DNA from: Candidatus Thorarchaeota archaeon
GTDB taxonomy: Archaea; Asgardarchaeota; Thorarchaeia; Thorarchaeales; Thorarchaeaceae
DNA: 64,000 nucleotides
Direction of reading: 5' to 3'
NCBI GenBank assembly: GCA_016839275.1
Contig: JAEOUM010000064.1
Span: forward strand, 6,470 to 70,469
This document shows positions 1-7,846 of this stretch, piece after piece. The stretch's first letter is position 1. Each line of letters starts with the position of its first letter. The notes below the pieces were generated by a model that was not told where the DNA came from, did no database searches, and saw only the letters and a list, made by a program, of their open reading frames with translations. The position numbers and the translations under genes are program-made.

Positions 1-795
1 ATGGTACTGAAACGTGTCGATTGGCCAAATGTGGATGATTATGCAATAGCAGTCGCCACCAAGGTAGCCGCTTATGGCGCATACGTCACGTTACCAGAGT
101 ATGGTGATAAAGAGGGATTCATTCACATCTCTGAAGTCAGCAGCACCTGGGTCAGGAACATTCGCAATCATATCCATGAGAATCAACGCGTTGTTGTTAA
201 GATTTTAAAGGTAGATTCTGAGAAGATGCACATTGACTGCTCTTTGAGACGTGTTTCTAATGAGGCAAGGAGAGTCAAAAACAACGAGTGGAAACGTGCG
301 CAGAAAGCTGAGAAACTCCTTGAACTTGTCGCCAAAGAAAATGATATGACCCTCGAACAGGTCTATGAGAAAATTGGTTGGCCAATCGAAGAAGTCTTTG
401 GTGAGATTTATACTGGACTAGAACGAGCCTCAGATGGTGGCGTTGAAGTACTCGAAGAAGTTCAATCCACTAAGAAGTTGAAGAAACAGGTAGCAGATCT
501 TGCTGCACAGAGAATCGAGATACCATCAGTCGAGATTGATGGTGAATTGACCATAACAGTACCAGGACCTGATGGTGTTGAAGTGATTAAAAAGGCTCTA
601 ACAGAGGGTCTCGCCAAGGGAAAATCATATGGAAAGTCAACTACTGAAGTGTACACTCTTGGTTCTCCCAGATACAAACTTAGAATTGTTAGCCCTGATT
701 ATAAAGAAGCCGAAGAGATTCGCTCAGAAGTTCTCAGTCTGATTCAGACGCAGATTGAGCAGAATAGCGGTACTATAAGTTTTGTAAAGAAGTAG
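1..795 (+). CDS. eif2a: Translation initiation factor aIF2 alpha subunit
   Basis: 264-aa ORF with an N-terminal S1/OB signature (YGAYVTLPEYGDKEGFIHISEVSSTWVRNIRNHI). Its length and the Nop10 gene immediately downstream match the conserved archaeal aIF2a-Nop10 pair. Confidence 0.9.
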   Translation: MVLKRVDWPNVDDYAIAVATKVAAYGAYVTLPEYGDKEGFIHISEVSSTWVRNIRNHIHENQRVVVKILKVDSEKMHIDCSLRRVSNEARRVKNNEWKRAQKAEKLLELVAKENDMTLEQVYEKIGWPIEEVFGEIYTGLERASDGGVEVLEEVQSTKKLKKQVADLAAQRIEIPSVEIDGELTITVPGPDGVEVIKKALTEGLAKGKSYGKSTTEVYTLGSPRYKLRIVSPDYKEAEEIRSEVLSLIQTQIEQNSGTISFVKK

Positions 796-805
796 GGGAC
801 CTCCA

Positions 806-982
806 ATGGCGCATCTCTACAAATGCACCAAATGTGACAATTACACCCTCAATCCGAAGACATGCCCAAAGTGCGGAAGTCCTGTATCGGATCCCAAACC
901 TCCAAAATATAGTCCTCAAGACAAGTACGGTACGTACAGAAGAAAAGCCAAACGTACTAGTATCAATGCAGAAGGTCTGTAA
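806..982 (+). CDS. nop10: H/ACA RNP protein Nop10 (58 aa, below the ORF-track cutoff)
   Basis: Hand translation gives MAHLYKCTKCDNYTLNPKTCPKCGSPVSDPKPPKYSPQDKYGTYRRKAKRTSINAEGL. It has a CxxC...CxxC zinc ribbon followed by the PxKFSPxDxY-type tail typical of Nop10. ATG at 806, TAA at 980-982. Confidence 0.85.
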   Translation: MAHLYKCTKCDNYTLNPKTCPKCGSPVSDPKPPKYSPQDKYGTYRRKAKRTSINAEGL

Positions 983-1004
983 TAAATTTAAAAAAAGAGG
1001 CTAA

Positions 1005-1029
1005 GGCAACTGATTCCACATCAGTTGCC
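1005..1029. terminator. Perfect 10-bp stem hairpin between convergent nop10 and aglB
   Basis: GGCAACTGAT-TCCAC-ATCAGTTGCC, flanked by A-run/T-run sequence (aaaaaaag upstream, gcttttt downstream). It sits between two convergent stop codons. Confidence 0.4.
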
Positions 1030-1047
1030 ATTTGTATTATGCTTTTT

Positions 1048-3792
1048 CTAGTGTAGCTGAACTGGAACCCAGATGGTCTTCCAAGGACTAGAAAAGGTAG
1101 GCTCACCGTGGTCTATATTATTCCACCATAGGAATCTCAGCTGATAGTTCATTCCTGGACGCATGGTTAGATCCTGTGGGTCTCCAGAATTTAACGGAAC
1201 AATGAACTCGATGACACCATCACCAGTTGCAAATGCGGTAGAGTTAGTACCAGTTGAGTCTTCAGCCCAAGTACCATCATAGCGAATATGACCATCGTAT
1301 GGCATACCATTGTAGTTCACTACTCGGATATCTGAATCGAGAGGAGAACCCAAGGGGGATATCTGCATCCCTAAAGCATCAACACCTAGTGTATAGTTGT
1401 CCATCTTAATGCCATAGTACATATGGGTCGAGTTCGACCGCGTATAGACCCTAGCATCATAACTTCCACCGAAAGTTGTTTTATAACTTGGTAGAGTGCG
1501 TTCAAATGATGATAGGTTACCATCAACTGAAATACCAAGAGCACCACTAGTCAGACCAGGAACGACATCAGCTTTTGTCCGGTTCAGATATTGGTAGTAC
1601 ATGGTGTAGTCAATCTCATAGATCTTGACTGTACCGTACGATGCACTGATATACGGTTCTTTGAAGGCACCGTAGAGGTTCACAGGCATGTGATCAACCC
1701 AATCGGTATCACCCCAGAAGAGGTTGTCCACCTGTATCCGGATATCAGAAAGCCCGAGAATACCGGCTTCCTCTTGATCCCTTGGTTCAGCATATGAGAG
1801 CAACTTGTAGAGTGTTGAACTATAGAATGGTTCTAATGATTCATCGTTCACACCAAGGTATGTGGCATCGTCTATGCGATCCGACCCTAGATAATCCTCA
1901 GCAATGCGGACCATCCATGGCCATTTACCATCGTCACCACCGAACCCACTGTATCTGTGACCCCAGTATACGAGCACATGAGTTGCGTTCCATAGCTTGA
2001 AGGTCTTCAGTGATTCAGTGAGATTCAGTGCCATAAGGGCATATCCCATGAGCGCTATCTGCGTACTATTGAACGTCGCATTATCCACTATTGTTTCTGC
2101 GCCTGATGCACTGTTAATCCAATATCCGTAGTCCCACCAACTAGCAACTATTGACCCAGGCGGTAGGACATTCCTGATATAGGTCATTGCAACCTGCCAA
2201 TCAGTTGACTGAGTTGTAGATGACAGTGGGGCTTGTGCAAACTCAGGATTACCCACTTGTCCTTGAACATATTGCACACCCAGTATGACATTAACTGAAA
2301 GTAACAAAGCCACGAAAGCAAATGCAGTAAGAGCGTGCTCTGATGTGAGTGACGAACTCATTCTAAACCTACGTCTCTCAAACACCGACTGTTGGGTCAC
2401 TACCTTAGCATAAGGAGCAAGGATATTGTATGATGCTACTGCAGCCAAGACTGCAACACCCGGTCCAAGAATTAGGCTTAGTCTGATCATACTGCCAGCA
2501 AAGTAGACAGAGAACAGACCATAGAGAACCATTAACCAGTCTTCATCACGACCTCTCTTGAAGAGGAAATACATACCGAGTGGGAAGAAGAAGATTAAGA
2601 CGAGAAGTGTGTTATAGAAGCTGCCCCACGGACTTGGAAGGTGTTCCGCAACGGAGGCAAGAATTCTCTGGTCCAGTCTTGTGAAGGGATTGATTACTGT
2701 GAGGAACTTGGATCCCAGTGTCAGAATTGGGTTTGAAGTATATGGTGTGATTGTCAGTTCATTACTTCCTGCATATAGCAAATAAGATACAACCCCAACA
2801 ACTGGCGTTATCAATCCAAGAAGAATTGGTTTCATATATGGAGCCATGACATTGGCTGTGGCTTCACGATAATGTCCCACTCTGAGCCAAACCTCGTATA
2901 GTATAAGGAGTCCAGCAACACCGATAGGAGCAAGCGTTGTGAAGGAGGTCAGGTCAGTAAATCCATTCCTTGGTATTAAGCCTCCAATGAAGAGTCCGAG
3001 TGAGAGTGTGATGAGATAGCTTGAGAGTAATCGCTTACTATAATGGCCTATTAGGAGCATCAAAAAGCCATAGAGAGCAAGTAATCCCAGCATGAAGTCT
3101 GCGGCACCCCAAGATACTAATAGATACCCAAGGGAGAGTCCTGCACCAACAGAGGAGGGCAATGATCCTCGTTTCAAGCCCCTCATGAACAGAAATGTGG
3201 TGAGAACAATGGCAAAAACACCAATACACTCATTGTCATAGAATCCCGCAACCGTTCTCTGAAGATATGCAGGAATGAATGCAGTGAATATGCCAGTGAA
3301 AAGACCAACTGTGTTATTTGAGAGTTCTCTGCCAAGGAAGAAGGCAACTATGGTAGTTAGGGCACCCATGAATGCAGGAAGAACTAGTGAAACAGTGAGA
3401 ACATCGACCTGAATGCCTAGTCCGTTAAGTAGGAAATAGAAGAACGCGCTTGTGAAGGGTACTCCTATGTAGCTTGTCTTGGCAATGTCACGTCCAAAAG
3501 GAACCCATGTTGAATGATCATACCAAGTGAAAAACGCACCAAACCCATTTTCAGCCACATAATCAGTAAGCCTTAGCTGGTACCATGGGTCAAAAGCACG
3601 TACAAGTGGTTGGGAGTTAATCAAGGGCTCTAAACGCAGCAGCAGTGCTGTTGTGAAAACAATGAGTAATGTAACAATAATGAGAACTGAGCCGCGTGAA
3701 ATCTTTGACTTCGGCCTATGAAATACTTGTCTGAGAAATCTTCCAGTAGACCTTTTTATTTTACCAAACGACATGTGGAGTGCGCTCTCCAT
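1048..3792 (-). CDS. aglB: Oligosaccharyltransferase AglB / STT3 homologue
   Basis: 914 aa with about 13 N-terminal TM helices. Contains the WWDYGYW catalytic motif, an FDPWYQLR first-loop acidic motif, a DNATFNSTQIALMG block and a large soluble C-terminal domain. Confidence 0.9.
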   Translation of the reverse strand: MESALHMSFGKIKRSTGRFLRQVFHRPKSKISRGSVLIIVTLLIVFTTALLLRLEPLINSQPLVRAFDPWYQLRLTDYVAENGFGAFFTWYDHSTWVPFGRDIAKTSYIGVPFTSAFFYFLLNGLGIQVDVLTVSLVLPAFMGALTTIVAFFLGRELSNNTVGLFTGIFTAFIPAYLQRTVAGFYDNECIGVFAIVLTTFLFMRGLKRGSLPSSVGAGLSLGYLLVSWGAADFMLGLLALYGFLMLLIGHYSKRLLSSYLITLSLGLFIGGLIPRNGFTDLTSFTTLAPIGVAGLLILYEVWLRVGHYREATANVMAPYMKPILLGLITPVVGVVSYLLYAGSNELTITPYTSNPILTLGSKFLTVINPFTRLDQRILASVAEHLPSPWGSFYNTLLVLIFFFPLGMYFLFKRGRDEDWLMVLYGLFSVYFAGSMIRLSLILGPGVAVLAAVASYNILAPYAKVVTQQSVFERRRFRMSSSLTSEHALTAFAFVALLLSVNVILGVQYVQGQVGNPEFAQAPLSSTTQSTDWQVAMTYIRNVLPPGSIVASWWDYGYWINSASGAETIVDNATFNSTQIALMGYALMALNLTESLKTFKLWNATHVLVYWGHRYSGFGGDDGKWPWMVRIAEDYLGSDRIDDATYLGVNDESLEPFYSSTLYKLLSYAEPRDQEEAGILGLSDIRIQVDNLFWGDTDWVDHMPVNLYGAFKEPYISASYGTVKIYEIDYTMYYQYLNRTKADVVPGLTSGALGISVDGNLSSFERTLPSYKTTFGGSYDARVYTRSNSTHMYYGIKMDNYTLGVDALGMQISPLGSPLDSDIRVVNYNGMPYDGHIRYDGTWAEDSTGTNSTAFATGDGVIEFIVPLNSGDPQDLTMRPGMNYQLRFLWWNNIDHGEPTFSSPWKTIWVPVQLH

Positions 3793-3954
3793 GCTCTTTC
3801 GAACTTGCAGCAGCCATTTTGTGATGCGCTAAAAAGGTTGTTGTTAATCATATAGTCGTCCTATCAATGAAACTCAATACTATCAAGAAGAGAATGACAG
3901 AAGAAGACCGCGGAGAGGTCATCAGAGACTCGCCGCGTATTCTTCATTCAAAAT

Positions 3955-4350
3955 CTATTCAGACTCAATGAACGCTTTGTATGCTTCTGCATCCATCAGC
4001 CCTGGAAGTTCTGCATCAAGATTCGAGGGCTTAAGCTTGAACATCCACCCTTTCCCGTAACAATCTTCATTGACAATTTCCGGTGCATCCTCAAGCGCAA
4101 CATTCACCTCAACAATCTCACCACTTAAGGGGGTGAAGATGTCTGATGATGCCTTCATGGATTCTACAAGTCCACATTCATCGCCTGCTTTGAGGGTTGT
4201 ACCAACACCTGAAATTTCAACAAAGGTAATCTCATGCAGTGCGTTCTGAGCATGATCGGTTATACCAATGATGACAACATCACCTTCAACCTTTGCATAC
4301 TCGTGCTCTTTACTGTAGTATAGTCCATCTTTGACTTCGGTGCTGCCCAT
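3955..4350 (-). CDS. gcvH: Glycine cleavage system H protein
   Basis: YSKEHEYAKVEGDVVIIGITDHAQ and the lipoyl-lysine context VESMKASSDI. ATG at 4350 is preferred over the TTG at 4365. Confidence 0.9.
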   Translation of the reverse strand: MGSTEVKDGLYYSKEHEYAKVEGDVVIIGITDHAQNALHEITFVEISGVGTTLKAGDECGLVESMKASSDIFTPLSGEIVEVNVALEDAPEIVNEDCYGKGWMFKLKPSNLDAELPGLMDAEAYKAFIESE

Positions 4351-4403
4351 ATAGTCCACCAACAATATCGGATTGCTATATTCCGTTTAAATCAGTTTGG
4401 ATT

Positions 4404-5576
4404 TTATACGGTACGCGTTGCACCATACCTTTGAGGGTCGTAAAAGGGCCACTCTATGACCTTTGCCTTTCGATGTCTTCCTTTGATATCGATCTCAATC
4501 ACATCTCCTGTGTTGAGGAGGTCCGGAGGAACATATCCCAGGCCAATGCCATTGTTCAAAATTGGGGATACACCACCACTCGTTGTTTCACCAATTACTT
4601 GTCCATTATGGAGAATAGGATAGTGTTCTCTTGGTATTCCTCTTTCAATCATTGAGAAACCTATCCGGGTCTTTTTTACACCAATTTCCTTGTGACTCTT
4701 GACCGTGTCAAACCCAATATAATGTGGTTCTACTTTGAACTTTACAGCATAGGGAATCCTAGCCTCGATTGGAGAAGTGTTTTCATCAAGCTCATGACCA
4801 TACAGAACCAATCCAGCCTCTAAACGAGTCGAGTCTCTGGCACCCAACCCACAGGGTTTGATACCAAACTCAGTTCCTTGGCTAAGAAGCTCTTCCCAGA
4901 ATCCTATTGCGCGTTTCTTCCCTTCATCTGTGTAAGGACAGTTTAGAACCAACACCTCAGCACCGTCCTCACCCGTATAACCAGTTCTGCAGAGATATGT
5001 ATCATACCCAGCTATGTCAACTGGATTACATGTAAAGCGCTTGTACTCGCTTAAATCACGCCTTGCTATTTTACTTAAGAGCCCCAATGCCTTCGGTCCC
5101 TGCACGGCAATCATGGCAATCTCTGAAGACCTATCTAGAACTTCAACGTCGAAGGACTTAGAGTGTTTCATCAAGTGATCTTTGATTTTCGGACCATTCG
5201 CTGCATTGGTGACCCAAATATACTCATCAGTGCCTATCCTATAGAGCATCAAATCATCATGAATGCCCCCCTTTTCGTTTAGGCAGGTTGTGTAATGGCC
5301 ACCGTTCACTTCCAGCTTACTCACATTATTTGTTGTCATCCTCTGAAGGAATTCTGTAGCTTGCGGGCCTCTAACAAAGAATCGGGACATATGACTAGTA
5401 TCAAAGATGCCAACTCCATCTCTAACCGCCATATGTTCATCTCTGATGTCACTATATCTAACTGGCATCTCCCAACCAGCAAATGGAATCACATCACCGT
5501 GCTCTTTGTGCCAATCATAGAGCTGGGTTCGTTCTAATTTTTCACTCATTGAGACACCCCGTTTTTCTTGGGTCAT
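4404..5576 (-). CDS. gcvT: Glycine cleavage system T protein (aminomethyltransferase)
   Basis: 390 aa. TQLYDWHKEHGDVIPFAGWEMPVRY and GIFDTSHM are typical of GcvT, and the gene is adjacent to gcvH. Confidence 0.9.
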   Translation of the reverse strand: MTQEKRGVSMSEKLERTQLYDWHKEHGDVIPFAGWEMPVRYSDIRDEHMAVRDGVGIFDTSHMSRFFVRGPQATEFLQRMTTNNVSKLEVNGGHYTTCLNEKGGIHDDLMLYRIGTDEYIWVTNAANGPKIKDHLMKHSKSFDVEVLDRSSEIAMIAVQGPKALGLLSKIARRDLSEYKRFTCNPVDIAGYDTYLCRTGYTGEDGAEVLVLNCPYTDEGKKRAIGFWEELLSQGTEFGIKPCGLGARDSTRLEAGLVLYGHELDENTSPIEARIPYAVKFKVEPHYIGFDTVKSHKEIGVKKTRIGFSMIERGIPREHYPILHNGQVIGETTSGGVSPILNNGIGLGYVPPDLLNTGDVIEIDIKGRHRKAKVIEWPFYDPQRYGATRTV

Positions 5577-5635
5577 GGCTAAATCAGCTACATTTTATTT
5601 CCTTCCATACAGACGTCATATAGTGGTGATAATGA

Positions 5636-6505
5636 TTGAGACAAGCCTACGTTGATGTCGCAGGTCTTCGGATAGGCGACAAGTATCCTGTTAGGGTTAT
5701 GGGAGTGATCAATCTATCATCAGAGTCCTTCTACAAAGGCACTGTAGCTGTGAATGAGGATGCCATTCGACAAACCATTACTAAACTTGATGAAGAAGGA
5801 GCAGACATTATCGATGTAGGTGGAGCCTCATCGGCCCCAAAGAAGATCTACGGCACTCAAGAGATACCTGTTCATGAGGAACTCAGACGGGTCACAAATG
5901 CTGTTGACATTATCGTTTCTATGACGAAGCTGCCTCTGTCAATCGATACCATGTCATCGCAGGTGGCTGAAAAGGCGCTCGATATGGGAGTTTCAGCTAT
6001 TAATGATGTGTCCGGATTAAAGGCAGATTCGAATATGGCTACCCTCGTTTCAGATAGAGCGGTTCCAGTCATACTCATGGCAAACTGTAAACCATATTGC
6101 GACAGTATTCAGGCATCACTGGAATCGCTTAGGGGAAGTCTATCAATAGCTCTAGATGCAGGAATTGATACAAACAAGATATTGGTAGATCCAGGAGTGG
6201 GCTTTGGCAAACCACCTAATGTTGACTATGAGTTATTACATAATTTAGGCGCATTTACTGTACTTGGACAACCCATACTTGTAGGAGTATCTAGAAAAGC
6301 CTTCATTGGGAGTCTATTAAATCAGCCAGATCCTGAAGATCGGTTAATGGGATCAATTGCTGCAACTTCAGTAGCTGTGTATAATGGTGCCAATATCATA
6401 CGAACTCATGATGTCAAAGAAACAAGAGTGGCGGCATGCATTGGAGAAGCAATTCGCCAGAATGGGAAAGCTGGCTGGCTTAGTCAATCAGGTGATTCGC
6501 AATGA
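5636..6505 (+). CDS. folP: Dihydropteroate synthase
   Basis: DHPS blocks are present: VMGVINLSSESFYKG, IIDVGGASS, LSIDT, AINDVSG, DPGVGFGK, GVSRKAFIG, RTHDV. Uses a TTG start. Confidence 0.85.
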   Translation: MRQAYVDVAGLRIGDKYPVRVMGVINLSSESFYKGTVAVNEDAIRQTITKLDEEGADIIDVGGASSAPKKIYGTQEIPVHEELRRVTNAVDIIVSMTKLPLSIDTMSSQVAEKALDMGVSAINDVSGLKADSNMATLVSDRAVPVILMANCKPYCDSIQASLESLRGSLSIALDAGIDTNKILVDPGVGFGKPPNVDYELLHNLGAFTVLGQPILVGVSRKAFIGSLLNQPDPEDRLMGSIAATSVAVYNGANIIRTHDVKETRVAACIGEAIRQNGKAGWLSQSGDSQ

Positions 6506-7215
6506 GATGGGCGGATTGGGAACCAATCTATCTTGATATTGTTGATAAATTGAGCCTAAATGTTTCCTTGGATCAAGATGCAACAAGGCTTCTCACAGAG
6601 CTATTGAAGGAAGTCAATCCAGAACCTTTGTTGCAAGATTTGGAACATAGGATCAAGGGCAAACCTATCGTGATTTGTGGAGCGGGGCCGTCGCTTGAAG
6701 TGCACCTTCAATCATTGACAGAAAAAAAAGAGCTTGAGCCTATCTATGTTGCGGCAGATGGTGCAGTATCAGCTCTTCTCAATCTAGATTACGAATGTAG
6801 TGTACTTGTCACAGACCTTGACGGAGATTTAGATGATATTAAAGAAGCAACGAAAGGGGGAACTTTGACTATTGTTCATGCCCATGGAGATAATATGAAC
6901 AAGGTTAGGGAGATAGTTCCCAGTTTAGGTGCAGTGCTTGGAAGCACGCAGGTAGAACCAACAGAGAGAGCTTTTCTCTGGGGAGGCTTTACTGATGGTG
7001 ATAGGGCGTGCCATATAGTGACATCCTATGCACCATGCAGAATTATCCTTGCAGGAATGGATTTCGGAAATACTGTAGGTAAGTGGTCCAAACCCATGCA
7101 TGAAACTCATTTCCAAGCAGATGTACGAAAGAGAATCAAACTGGACATTGCCAAGAATCTCATATCTTCTCTTATAGAACAGTCAGACATACCCTTTGCT
7201 ACGCTCAGGATATAA
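6502..7215 (+). CDS. mptE: MptE-like 6-hydroxymethyl-7,8-dihydropterin pyrophosphokinase (DUF115 family)
   Basis: ICGAGPSLE, AADGA, VTDLDGD and HAHGDN motifs. There is a 4-nt ATGA overlap with the folP stop, indicating translational coupling. Confidence 0.7.
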   Translation: MRWADWEPIYLDIVDKLSLNVSLDQDATRLLTELLKEVNPEPLLQDLEHRIKGKPIVICGAGPSLEVHLQSLTEKKELEPIYVAADGAVSALLNLDYECSVLVTDLDGDLDDIKEATKGGTLTIVHAHGDNMNKVREIVPSLGAVLGSTQVEPTERAFLWGGFTDGDRACHIVTSYAPCRIILAGMDFGNTVGKWSKPMHETHFQADVRKRIKLDIAKNLISSLIEQSDIPFATLRI

Positions 7216-7243
7216 ACGCGAAGTGTTGGCAGAGTTAAGAGAC

Positions 7244-7666
7244 TTAGATTCCGCCCGTCTTTATTGTCCACAGATAACTAAAGATGAGGAAGGAAACACC
7301 AGACAATATGATGCCTAGTACCATTAGTCGAGTAGCGTAGCCAGGTTGGAATACATATTTTGATCCGTAGTAGATAAGACCAAGTCCCATCACACCAACA
7401 AAGATGACTACAGATGCAACAACACCTTCCATTCCAAGCTGCGAATCAAGACCGGGAGAAACAAGAATGGGTGTTCCACCAGAGCCACCTGCAATTGCAG
7501 GAGGGGTTCTTACAAGAGTGTATACATTACCCCCGAGGACGAACAGAACAACGAAGAACATAATCCCAAATATGACTGTGTCTGGAGGTCTAGATGGCAT
7601 TCTAAATCTAGGCCTTGAAAGTCTAACTTTGGGTCGAATGATAAACCTCGGCCACCAGGGTTGCAT
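7244..7666 (-). CDS. Small 3-TM membrane protein resembling the eukaryotic OST subunit OSTC/DC2 (OST3/OST6 membrane-domain family)
   Basis: 140 aa. RPRFRMPSRPPDTV...VLGGNVYTLVRTPPAIAG...QLGMEGVVASVVIFVGVMGLGLIYY lines up by eye with human OSTC KPPWLHMPSAMTV...ITGGIIYDVIVEPPSVG...[24 protein letters not shown]. The human sequence is recalled from memory. Confidence 0.5.
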   Translation of the reverse strand: MQPWWPRFIIRPKVRLSRPRFRMPSRPPDTVIFGIMFFVVLFVLGGNVYTLVRTPPAIAGGSGGTPILVSPGLDSQLGMEGVVASVVIFVGVMGLGLIYYGSKYVFQPGYATRLMVLGIILSGVSFLIFSYLWTIKTGGI

Positions 7667-7846
7667 AGTCTTACCTCGAGCGGTTTCGAATTTGCGTCTG
7701 CTTTTAAGAGTATCGAGAAATCAATCGCTGTACTAACAAAAACTGTGCACAGTGTATTGAAGCTTCAGGGATTACAATGTGTATTTAAAACTCTAAAGTT
7801 CATGTTTCCTGAGAGAATGAAAGAGAGGCGGTAGAAACTGTCCCGA

